DNA of 49,787 nt, counting the filler, from Stramenopiles sp. TOSAG23-3 (taxonomy: Eukaryota), in NCBI GenBank assembly GCA_900128585.1. It is 4 parts of 4 records of this genome, joined end to end, with 100 filler letters (N's around TTAATTAATTAA, not from the genome) between each part and the next. Parts side by side here need not be neighbours in the genome. Positions count along the whole stretch, not along the records: positions 1 to 22,810 come from LT642326.1; positions 22,911 to 45,592 come from LT642327.1; 2 more parts are not named here. One strand, written 5' to 3'. Positions 21,811 through 31,701 of this stretch are shown piece after piece. Made by a program: the position numbers and the translations under genes. How positions within the stretch are numbered: the first letter of the stretch is position 1; every line of letters begins with the position of its first letter. The notes beneath the pieces were generated by a model, which did not search any database, was not told the DNA's origin, and was given only the letters and a program-made list of their open reading frames with translations.

Positions 21811-22738
21811 TAAGACAAGAAAATTGGCTGTTATTTTAAGTAATTTAAAAAATATCTAATTTGGTCAGAGATTTCATTTTTTTAAAATTTTATCCAAAAA
21901 TATTTTGTTCTTTTAGAGTGTATCTCTTGTTTTTAATTTTAATTACACACACGCTTAAATAAAACAAGAAAATTGGCTGTTATTTAAGTAATTAAAAATT
22001 AATTGTACCACTGCGAACTGAAAGCTAGATTTAGACATTCTGGGTTTACATTCCTTCATGAACTGCGAACTTATCTTTGCTCTTTTGGTTTTACTAAATT
22101 CGATATACCCTTGTCACTTAGTCTTGACTATCATTCTCAGATGTACTCCATTTATGATCTGAATCAGTAGATGGATTATTAAACAAAGCGAATTTTAAAA
22201 CAATATGAAGAAGATAAATTTTAATCAACGAGCACCTTTAAAACATTCACGCCGCTGCTTGGACAACTACACAAGGAATTATTCATCTATGGGTGAAACA
22301 TTGGGCGAGACATTGGGTGAGGAAGTTAACTGTGGGTCTTTTGACATCGACGCAATTCCACACACTGATTCGGATCATGCATGGAATACACATGAGAATA
22401 ATAGTTCAAGACTAAGTGACAAGGGTATATTGATTACTAAAATCACAACAATATAGAGATACACGTTCGCAGTACATGAAAGTTTAATCAAGTTAAAATT
22501 AGGGTATGAGGAAGCTAAATTTAATTACTTAAAATAAATAACAGCCAATTTTCTTGTTTTTAATTATGTTACTTAAAACCAAAAGAGAAAAGATAAGTTC
22601 GCAGTTCGCAGTACATGAAGGAATGTAAACCTTGAATGTCTAAATTTAGAGTTCAGTTCGCAGTACATTAATTTTAATTACCTAAAATAACAGCCAATTT
22701 TCTTGTTTTTATTTAAAATTACTTATATATAACAGCCC
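21811..22738. mobile_element. Foldback/MITE-like long imperfect inverted repeat
   Basis: 21955-22093 pairs with 22574-22716, and 22100-22175 pairs with 22357-22432; arms carry AAATAACAGCCAATTTTCTTG subrepeats; no transposase or TSD seen. Confidence 0.6.
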
Positions 22739-22810
22739 TGCAAAGTGTAACCGGCCGGGCTTTCTAGAATCTGGACTCAACCACAGAAACACCGACAACC
22801 TACCCCCCCC

Positions 22811-22910
22811 NNNNNNNNNNNNNNNNNNNNNNNNNNNNNNNNNNNNNNNNNNNNTTAATTAATTAANNNNNNNNNNNNNNNNNNNNNNNNNNNNNNNNNN
22901 NNNNNNNNNN
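22811..22910. other. Artificial contig linker
   Basis: N44-TTAATTAATTAA-N44, stops in all six frames. Confidence 0.97.
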
Positions 22911-23820
22911 AAACAAAAGTATAAAATATATACAAGTATATAATATAGTATACTACTACTGCCTATGTTTTTAGTAAAGAAAACGAATGATTATAACTGC
23001 TAAGTAAGCGAAATAACAGGCAGACCAAATCACTTTCTCGTTGTTTTGTAAAATAAGGTATTGTAACTATATATACTATTGTATTTTATATTTTATTCCT
23101 TCTTTATTCATATGTAAATGTAATTATTAATTTAATTGTATTTGTATTTATAATACTATTATCACCTTAATTATCGTTGAGAGCTTCGTGATAATTATTA
23201 TTAGTTAGCGGATTTAGAAGAAGATTTATTAGAAGAAATTAAAAATAGTTTAATGAGTATAAGTGAATAAGCTGAAGGAGGGAGGGAGTATTTATTTTAT
23301 AGTAAGTATTATATAATAGTAAGTAGTAGGTGGTACAGAGGAGGGAGGAAGAAGAAAAAAAAGAAAAAAAGAAGTGTTGGTATTATTATTAATTATTATT
23401 ATTATTACAATTAATATTAATGAAACGATCGATAGATGGAATGAAGTGTCGTTTGTAAGTAATATGAGTACATGGAACAGTCGCTGATAGGTTGACAAAA
23501 CAGAAGAGGAAGAGTGTGCTTTTGTTTGCGTAGGGAAGAATCATTTTAAGTGGAAGCATAGTGATTGGGTATTGGTTCGGTTATTTGCATTTGGTTTTTA
23601 ACGGGTTTGGTTTAACCTTCGATCCAAAGAAGCAAGAAACGGATTGCAACATAGAAACGGGTTTGCGGATCTCGAACGAACAGAGTAACCACCGATCGAT
23701 CGACAGACTGCACGCGCGCGACTTTGCTGGTTGTAACCTTGCGTTTCTCCCCGGTTTACTGTCTCCCTCTCTTAGGCAACGTTCGCTTTTGTAACATAGT
23801 TTGCAAGTGTCGCGCTGTTG

Positions 23821-23906
23821 GTAAGTGTTTGTGGTGCGATAAGAAGTGTTGTGCGTGAGCCTGTAGTTTGGGTTCTTGGAGCTTGCTTCTTTTTTTTTGG
23901 TGTCAG
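23821..23906 (+). other. Candidate 86-nt 5'-UTR intron of TOGARAM
   Basis: GTAAGT donor, T-rich tract, CAG acceptor 29 nt before ATG 23936. Confidence 0.55.
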
Positions 23907-23935
23907 AGGAGACGTACAGAAGAAGTGCATAGACC

Positions 23936-26900
23936 ATGTTTGAGGATTCAAACTTGTTTATCGGCCTCGACGACGTCGACGATGGGAAAAGAATAGATGC
24001 GATCGACCAACTTCGAATTTCGGTCAGGCAAAGCGATGGAGAACTCCCCGTGCACAACTTGACGCAGCTGTTTCAAATGTTGAGCGACCGAGTCGTGGAT
24101 ACGAACGTGAACGTCGCCAGGAAAAGTGCAGAGTTGTTGTGCGATTTATTGAACCGTGATCTTCAAACGACAGACATTTACTTCCCAATCGTGTTGCCGG
24201 CCCTGTTTCAGACTCTGTCGGAAGACGACCGACGTGAGACGAGCGTGCACGTTCTGACGACGTACGTCGAAGCGATGGGGAGTGTAGAGTGCGTTATGGA
24301 GGGACTGATACAGCACGGCCTGAAGCATGACAACGTCGATGTTCGCGCGGAGACGTTGCTGGCGATACCTACAATTGCGGAGGGTTACCTGGTCCCAAGC
24401 GCGGCGGCGGGCCGAGAAGATTACATGAAACTCCTGGCGTCGATGATCGATCGCCTGCACGATGAGAACGAGCACGTAGTGGACGCAGCGGAGACCGCGC
24501 TGCGATTTGCCAACGACGAAGACAAAAATTTTTGGAAGCACGTGGAAAGGCTAGGGCGCGAAAAGCTAGAGCTTGTTACCAGGCAGTTCAGTAGTAAAGC
24601 AAGGGCACGTGCGGAAGACGAGCGCGCGCAGAAAGCGAAAGATGTGGAGCAAAAGGTAGAAAAGATCGAGTCCCCGCGGGTTTCCCCAAATATGAGGCAG
24701 CCGGTCGCAAGCCCCATCACAAAGTCAAAGCGAGCTAACGTTGGGGTAGAAATGGAGGATACCCAGTCCCTTTTAGAAAAAGAATTGGTGAAGGCGATGG
24801 AACGGCGTGCGCGCATTACAGAAATGGAGCGCGAAGATAAAGACGAAGAAGAGGACAAGACGGAAGAGAGCTCGGGGCTGGACGATAAAAACGATGATTT
24901 TGAGAACGAAGACGAAGACGAAGCCGAGGAAGACGAAGACGAAGACGAAGACGACGACGACGACGACGAAATTTCTGTTAATAAAGATGAGTCGGAAGAG
25001 GAGGAAGACGACGACAAAAACAGTGAAACTAGTAACCAGAACCTCTCGTCCGCTTCTAGCAGTGGGGATTTAGAACAATCCTCAAACTCAGTTATAGATC
25101 CACCAGACCTTGGCAGTCCGCCTGGTTTGAAGTACGGATTTTTGCCGGCGGACGTCATCGACGGACTAAATGATAAAGACGCGTGGAAAGTTAGGGCGGC
25201 CGCGGTTGAGAATTTCTTGTCCATCGTTCAAAAATTATCCAACGAGGAGGTGGATCAGCTGAAGCCACACATGGAAGACTTGCTAGACTTCATGTCCCTA
25301 CTATTAGATGACGGAAACTTTAAAATTTCCATCACGGCCCTGCAGATTTTGTCGATTTTGTGCGTGCGCGTTGGGGATGAAATGTCGGATCATTTTCCTG
25401 CCATTCTGCACAGTCTTGTGAACCGGCTCGGGGACAACACTGTGGTTGCTCGCAACACCGCGCTCGAAGTTTTTCAGCAGCTGTTAAAGGTAGTAGGGGG
25501 TGGAAAGGTCCTGGACAATCTTTTGGTCATGCTGGACAATCCAAACTGGTATATACGAGAAGGCATTGTGAAGGTAGCCATGCAAGCCTTGTTGACTCGC
25601 CGCATAGAAGAGTTGGAGCTTCCCCAACTGGTTGTCGGCCTGGTTCACATCCTTCACGACAAGCGACCGAAAGTGAAGTTTGCGGTGACAGAGGCCTTGG
25701 CCATTCTTCACAATCGGGCCGGGAAAGAAATAGATGTGCTGGCGCTCGTAGAGGGGCTCGATCGAAGCGAAGACGCCGAGGAGACCATGAACGACTTGAA
25801 GGCAAGGTTTGCAATGCCAGCGTCCACGTTGCCGTCCATGAATTCGAACGGCCATGTAGTCTACACTAGCACGGACAGTTATGCCCCTCCCCCCACCCCG
25901 GCTGGCTCGGGAGGTGGCGGTTTCAATAGTTTCAACGACTCTACGGGATCGTCTCACAGTGGGGGAGGTATAAAAAAGTCCTCTGACGCCATCCATAGGT
26001 CAAGGAGCGCTAGTTCGCGCCGGCACCCCAGTGCGGGACGCGTGTCCTCGCGTAAAATCCCGTTCAATGTTCCACGCCCGTTGAGGGCAGCCACTGCTGG
26101 CTCACAGAACACCAAGAATGAAATTGTGGTGTCGCCGAAGGCTCGCAAAAAGGGGCCTGCCACTGCTATTGGGACCGAGCGTGTAGATGAAGGGCGAGTG
26201 TGGCGGCAGAAGGACCACGTCGATCGGCGCCTCAATGAGTTAAAAGGTCGGGATGGAGCCCCCTTTCAACTTCACATTTCCGATACGGATGCCCTTGACT
26301 TCGATACTTATTCGAAATCGCTGTTTGAAGACCCCTTTGAATTTCAGAAATCGACTGTCCCGCCGAGCCCGACAAAGGCGGACCATAAAGAGCAAGACGG
26401 ATCTCCCACCAGGGAGCGGCGAAGAGTTCGCCAGTTTGTGGCCAGCCCATTGGCGGCAGATCCCCGTAGGAGTGCAGAGCTGGGCACGCCGAAATCAAGG
26501 CGGGGGCCGCGCTCTGTACGGTCGCCATTCCCATTTGCAGCGTCCCCAGAGCCACGAGAGAAGAAAGACCCGAAAATTTCTTTGTGGCTGCCGGATAATG
26601 AAAAGGAAAGCAAAGCTGGCCGCCCAGGCATAGAGAAAAACAGCTCGAGAAGTAGTGTTGGCAATTCTAGTGCGAGGAGTAGAAGGAGCCAGAGTAGCGA
26701 AGCCGATAGCAATAGCACGGTGAGTGCCCGTGGAGACCAGAGCGCGCGGGGTGACCCAGGAAGTGCGAGGGGGCGTCGCGGAAGTGGGGCAAAGGGCGAA
26801 GCCGGAAGCAATGAACTAGGAGGAGGGTTGGGAATAGTAGGAAGTGGGATGAATGTTGCCCAGCGCGGCCGGCAACGCGCCGAAGAGGGCGGCAAAGCGG

Positions 26901-29497
26901 CTGTCGTGCGAAGACGGGGAGGGCCAACCCCTCGCGGTTCAAGAAACCCGCGAGATGGGGGGCACTATATCCCAGACCGCCATGACGATAAGGAACGACG
27001 GCCGAATTCGCTTGCGAAGAGAAATTCCGGCCGGAGGGAAGTCCAGTCCGGTTGGGAAGAGGAGGGCTCGCAAAGCAGCCCTCGCGTTTTTGAGCCTTCC
27101 CTTGGCCGCAGTCTTCGTGGCGGCAACCACCCATCTGACCCAGCGCAACAAGTGTGGCCGCCCCAGGCGCCAAACGATGGTGGAAAGCACATTGGAAAAA
27201 ATGGTGCTCGGGATTTAACTCGAGAAAACGACGTCGATGTCCGCCTGTCGGCAGATGACATTAGAGACCGATTGCGAAGCCTGAAAAGCCGTGGTGGTGC
27301 GCGTCAGTCCAGACGCGCGGCCAGCGCCAATGGAGTTATCGAAAACGACTCCATCAATGAGCTGGACTTGGAAGATCCAAGAAACCTGAAGCGTGCTGAA
27401 ACCGTTAGTCCTACGAACTACGCTGCCCAAGAACGTCAAATGGGAGACGATCGGCCGATTCGGCCGATGAGAAGTGCGAATTATGCGAGTGCGGCACGGC
27501 ATCACCATGATCCCCGGTTTCAGACATCAAACTCTGCGCCTGCATCAAGCACTGCAGAAAATGATTGGGCCGCAGAAGGAGAGTACGAACGGACAGAGAC
27601 CCAGCGCCGTGATCGTGAACGGAAAGTATCCGCAGCGACGATGAGACGTCGCGAGTACCTCAAGCAGGTGCAGGAACAGGAAGCACGGGCGAAGTCTGTC
27701 TCGAGGGAACTGGACCAAGAAGAGTTGGCGAAAAAGAAAAGAATTGCGGGACGGCGCTCCATCGGTGGAAACCGGTACGGAAGACAGAACCGTGCAGGAA
27801 AGCCAAAAGTCTCCCCTCGCCCGTCTGGCCGCCCATCCCAGGCGCCGGTTGAGAACGACCCCAACAAAGAGTACGACCATTCCAAACGAACTGCAGAGTA
27901 CCTGGCGTCAGACCAAATAAAACCACTGAAGAATGAAGTCATTGAAATGCGACGCGCGATGAAAGACTTGACCTCTGACCAGTGGGACAATGTGTTTGAT
28001 GCTTTGAATGTAATTCGTGCCTTGGCATTGCATCACCAGGACACCATCGGACCTGCACTGCATGGTATAGTCCTCAGCGTAAACAAAGCGTCAAAGAACC
28101 TGCGCTCGGCTGTCGCCAAGAATGGTCTATTGACCTTGAATGATATGATCGATGGTTTAGGGCCTTTGATGGACCCGGAACTGGACACTATCGTGGTGCA
28201 TTTGCTAAAGCGGGCGTCTGAGTCTGGCACAGGATTTGTAGGGGATGAAGCAGATCGATGCCTTCGCTCCATGTGTGTCAGCTGCTCGGAGTCCAAGGCA
28301 TTGTCTTCCTTGCTTAATTGTGCGAACAACAAAACCCCACAAGTGCGTGCATGCACGGCACAGCTCATCGAATATTGCATCTCACAAATGGGCACCCGAA
28401 TTTGCGGTGCCCGTGATTTGAACCGGCTGATTAGTGCGGCTGTAAAGTTCATGGGTGAGCCGCAACAAGACGCGCGCCGTGCGGGGCGTAGAATTTTTTA
28501 CGGGCTCCACAAAGTCGGTGCAGTAACGGAACGCCAATTGCGACGGCTCTTGCAAGAACGGGAATTGCGCCAAGTCATGGATTTGATTGAAAAAGGCCGG
28601 AATGGCTACCCCATCGACGACTACAGGGTATCGAGCAGTCGCTCGATGAGTCGGCAGCAGAGACAGCGCCGAGGGTCTCGTGCCAGGAGTCGCAGTGCCA
28701 GTAGACAAGAAAAGTGGGGCTCTCGCAGGGACAGTGCCAACGATGGAAATGAGCAACAACCCGATGCAAGTAGCCGGGAGGCAGGCAGGCTGAACTCAGT
28801 TACCAGGCAAGAAGCCCCCGAAGTTGAGCTGCTTTTACCGAATTTGCTGAAGCATATGGGAAGCTCCGATTGGCGAAGAAGGCAGGAAGCGGTCATCTCG
28901 ACTGTTGACCTGTTGTCCAAGCACGCTGCGACGCTTGCCCCTAACAGCGAGCGTCTCATGGCGGCGTTCGACCATTTCATGCCACGTTTGGGGGACAGCA
29001 ACAGCAAGGTGTGCCTTACGACTCTTCGAGCGTTGAGCGAGTTGCTGCCTGCGGTCAGAAACCAGATAACAGAAATCGTCCCTCTGCTTTTGCCGGCAGC
29101 TGCGGCCAACTTGGCCTCAGCCAGCAAGCCCATAATAACGGCAACGAATAATGTACTGGACATGCTCGAATCTTGTGTGCCGCTGCCGACCATGTTTCCA
29201 ACCATGGTGAACTTGTGTGTACACAGCAACCCACGTGTTCAAAAGGCCATGCTGAATCGTGTCGCGGACGTAGTCCCGGCGATGTATGAAAGACGCCCCC
29301 GCCTAGTACAACGCCATGCGGTCCCCGCTGTCTTGCGGCTGGTAAACACTGCTCGGGGCGAGATGAGAATGGCGACGAACCGTGCGCTTCACATGCTGTA
29401 CAGAGCAATGGGGGATGATTTAGTCCAAGCCATTCGTGCAGCCCATATCCAATCTGCGGCAAAAGACCAAGCGCTAACCTCTCTTGGTGTCATGTAG
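23936..29497 (+). CDS. TOGARAM1: TOG-domain microtubule regulator, Crescerin/FAM179 (TOGARAM) family
   Basis: 1853 aa; two N-terminal and two C-terminal HEAT/TOG arrays (AWKVRAAAVE, DGNFKISITAL, KNLRSAVAKN, SDWRRRQEAV, DSNSKV) separated by a long basic disordered linker. Confidence 0.75.
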   Translation: MFEDSNLFIGLDDVDDGKRIDAIDQLRISVRQSDGELPVHNLTQLFQMLSDRVVDTNVNVARKSAELLCDLLNRDLQTTDIYFPIVLPALFQTLSEDDRRETSVHVLTTYVEAMGSVECVMEGLIQHGLKHDNVDVRAETLLAIPTIAEGYLVPSAAAGREDYMKLLASMIDRLHDENEHVVDAAETALRFANDEDKNFWKHVERLGREKLELVTRQFSSKARARAEDERAQKAKDVEQKVEKIESPRVSPNMRQPVASPITKSKRANVGVEMEDTQSLLEKELVKAMERRARITEMEREDKDEEEDKTEESSGLDDKNDDFENEDEDEAEEDEDEDEDDDDDDEISVNKDESEEEEDDDKNSETSNQNLSSASSSGDLEQSSNSVIDPPDLGSPPGLKYGFLPADVIDGLNDKDAWKVRAAAVENFLSIVQKLSNEEVDQLKPHMEDLLDFMSLLLDDGNFKISITALQILSILCVRVGDEMSDHFPAILHSLVNRLGDNTVVARNTALEVFQQLLKVVGGGKVLDNLLVMLDNPNWYIREGIVKVAMQALLTRRIEELELPQLVVGLVHILHDKRPKVKFAVTEALAILHNRAGKEIDVLALVEGLDRSEDAEETMNDLKARFAMPASTLPSMNSNGHVVYTSTDSYAPPPTPAGSGGGGFNSFNDSTGSSHSGGGIKKSSDAIHRSRSASSRRHPSAGRVSSRKIPFNVPRPLRAATAGSQNTKNEIVVSPKARKKGPATAIGTERVDEGRVWRQKDHVDRRLNELKGRDGAPFQLHISDTDALDFDTYSKSLFEDPFEFQKSTVPPSPTKADHKEQDGSPTRERRRVRQFVASPLAADPRRSAELGTPKSRRGPRSVRSPFPFAASPEPREKKDPKISLWLPDNEKESKAGRPGIEKNSSRSSVGNSSARSRRSQSSEADSNSTVSARGDQSARGDPGSARGRRGSGAKGEAGSNELGGGLGIVGSGMNVAQRGRQRAEEGGKAAVVRRRGGPTPRGSRNPRDGGHYIPDRHDDKERRPNSLAKRNSGRREVQSGWEEEGSQSSPRVFEPSLGRSLRGGNHPSDPAQQVWPPQAPNDGGKHIGKNGARDLTRENDVDVRLSADDIRDRLRSLKSRGGARQSRRAASANGVIENDSINELDLEDPRNLKRAETVSPTNYAAQERQMGDDRPIRPMRSANYASAARHHHDPRFQTSNSAPASSTAENDWAAEGEYERTETQRRDRERKVSAATMRRREYLKQVQEQEARAKSVSRELDQEELAKKKRIAGRRSIGGNRYGRQNRAGKPKVSPRPSGRPSQAPVENDPNKEYDHSKRTAEYLASDQIKPLKNEVIEMRRAMKDLTSDQWDNVFDALNVIRALALHHQDTIGPALHGIVLSVNKASKNLRSAVAKNGLLTLNDMIDGLGPLMDPELDTIVVHLLKRASESGTGFVGDEADRCLRSMCVSCSESKALSSLLNCANNKTPQVRACTAQLIEYCISQMGTRICGARDLNRLISAAVKFMGEPQQDARRAGRRIFYGLHKVGAVTERQLRRLLQERELRQVMDLIEKGRNGYPIDDYRVSSSRSMSRQQRQRRGSRARSRSASRQEKWGSRRDSANDGNEQQPDASSREAGRLNSVTRQEAPEVELLLPNLLKHMGSSDWRRRQEAVISTVDLLSKHAATLAPNSERLMAAFDHFMPRLGDSNSKVCLTTLRALSELLPAVRNQITEIVPLLLPAAAANLASASKPIITATNNVLDMLESCVPLPTMFPTMVNLCVHSNPRVQKAMLNRVADVVPAMYERRPRLVQRHAVPAVLRLVNTARGEMRMATNRALHMLYRAMGDDLVQAIRAAHIQSAAKDQALTSLGVM

Positions 29498-29805
29498 AGA
29501 CTCCGCCCTTCCTATGCCTAGGACCTTACGGGAGATACGAATGTACATGCGAAAACATAATTTATGAAATCTACGTGCGTAGTTTAGTATACTTCGTAAG
29601 CTTAAAACTTTAACGTATCCTACCCTAAGTCTAGTGCTTTTTCAAGTGTATGTTATGATATTAAAAAATTAATTTCATATAAAAATTACGTGTTGAGTTA
29701 TGTCATACTTTACGGTGCGAAGTACTTCGTACTGGCGTAAAACAATAAAATCTATACTGCAATATTTATAGACTGCTGTATCACATTCATATGCGGAAAG
29801 GTCCG

Positions 29806-30399
29806 TTACCCGTGTCTGACGCCTAAGACGAATCCTGCAGCAAAGCCACCACCCGTTCCAGTCCCATTCTCCAAGAGCAACGGTGCAAGCTTGTTTATGT
29901 AGTCCTCAGGGTTGCCCGTCTCCATGTCTGTTTGCTTTCCTTTTTCAATGACAACAGCGACATCGTTCTCGAGCTTGTCCCAGTTTATTTCTATGTAACC
30001 TTGAGTGGCAGCAAGCTGAAACACACAAAATGTACTTCCAAGGAAAAATAGGGCGACGGTGCTGACTTTTTTGGCAACAAAACCGGCACAAAATCCTGTT
30101 ACCCCCCCAATCGTCACCGCACCAGAAAAACTGGCTGGGTCCGTTGGCAGTGTGAACAAGTCGGCTAGTTTTCTATTCCCATCCGGTCCACTAGAAGACG
30201 CACATTCTGCAACCCACGAATGGCCAAAAGCGCCAGCGCAGAATATGTTAAGACCAGTCCCGTAAAGTATGTATTTTGTGCGGTGTCCGTTGTTTCCTCG
30301 CAAATGTCGATAAGAAGTGCGAGCTGACCAGTAGCCTCCAGTTTTCAAACCTCCAAATGCCCTCCCTGGGCGTAAAATTTTACGAAGTAAACTATTCAT
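29806..30399 (-). CDS. FUN14-domain mitochondrial membrane protein
   Basis: IGGVTGFCAGFVAKKV, QGYIEINWDKL and GGGFAAGFVLG are FUN14 signatures; likely start MNSLLRK at 30399 with an Arg-rich presequence (upstream ORF extension is AT-rich, intergenic-like). Confidence 0.85.
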   Translation of the reverse strand: MNSLLRKILRPGRAFGGLKTGGYWSARTSYRHLRGNNGHRTKYILYGTGLNIFCAGAFGHSWVAECASSSGPDGNRKLADLFTLPTDPASFSGAVTIGGVTGFCAGFVAKKVSTVALFFLGSTFCVFQLAATQGYIEINWDKLENDVAVVIEKGKQTDMETGNPEDYINKLAPLLLENGTGTGGGFAAGFVLGVRHG

Positions 30400-31701
30400 C
30401 ACACAATCTATACAAATGAAACGGTAAATTAATTGATCAACAACTTTAAAGCCTGGGTTTAATACAATCGAAATTTTTCTTTCAAAATAATTGTTAATAA
30501 AGATTAAAAAATTTAGATTGAAAAACAAGAAAGAAACCGTTACTTTGTTTGTCATTTAATTTTTTTTTTACCCCCATCAACAACAACACAAAAAAACAAC
30601 AAAAAAACAAAAAACACTTCCCCTCTTCTCTCCAGGCTCCAGGTGGTTACGCTCCATCATCCGCTCCTCTTCTTCTTTTTCTTTTTTCGCACATCATCAT
30701 CGCTAGCTATTTACCTGTTACCTAATTATAATAATTAGTCGTATTCAAAGCAGAAAGACCATCATTTTCTTTCATCTTTTTTTTTGTAGAAGACGACATT
30801 TTTTTATAATATTTCAGATTGCTTTATTATACACATAATATACAGTTCATACGATATTAATACCTGGTAATTAGTTAGAGACTAGACTAGTCTTTTTTAA
30901 AAACAGTTATTGTTTTTTTTTTATTATTTCATCGTATTATTTATTATAAATACTGTTGTTTTACTGTAATACTTTTTTTTTAGTTGAATTATTTTTATTA
31001 AAAAAATAAAGAACTTTCTTTTCCTCTTTCTTCTTCCTTCTTGGACTTTCTTTCTTCTGGAAATGTACAAATATTATACCCTCGTAGTCGTCTCCTCGTA
31101 TTTATTGGATTTATATATGATGAAAAAGTGACTTTTTATTTTAGATTATACGATCGACTAAATGAATTAAAATTCCTTATTGTTAATACAACTTTTTCTT
31201 CTACTCACTCACTCGTATGAACCTTTATTTTGGATAATTTTATTATAACTTATACTTTTTGTAGAATACAAATAAATACAAAGGGAACACAGTAGTAGTC
31301 TAAATAATTTTAAGTACAATTTAATTTTAGATTTTATTTTCTTTGCTTCTAGTCTCCTCCGCCTCTCTCCTTTCTCATTTTTTTTTCTCGCTTCATCATC
31401 ATCAGATCATCTTTTCTTAAAGCTATGTCCCTGTGAATCAATCGTCGTTATTTAATAATTAGTATTCGATCGTAAAAAAAAATAATAATTAATATTATTA
31501 TTGTTGTATATTAGCTTTTTAAGTAAAATAATATAGTAAAAATCAAAAATCCCATTTTCTCTCTCCCGTAACATTGACAAATGAAGAACTTTATTAAAAG
31601 AATCTGAATGATTCGTTTATACATAGAATATTGTTTAAAGTGTGCTTTTAAATTGTGAGATCTTTCTTAGTGATTCAGCCAGTCACATTTTTTTTAGAAA
31701 C

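Noticed and set aside
22205-22456. 83-aa ORF inside the inverted repeat as a possible transposase
   Set aside because: Too short, no DDE or DNA-binding motif, and it runs into the repeat arm
22855-22866. TTAATTAATTAA palindrome repeated three times in the window
   Set aside because: Always centred in 44+44 Ns; artificial six-frame-stop linker, so gene adjacency across it is meaningless
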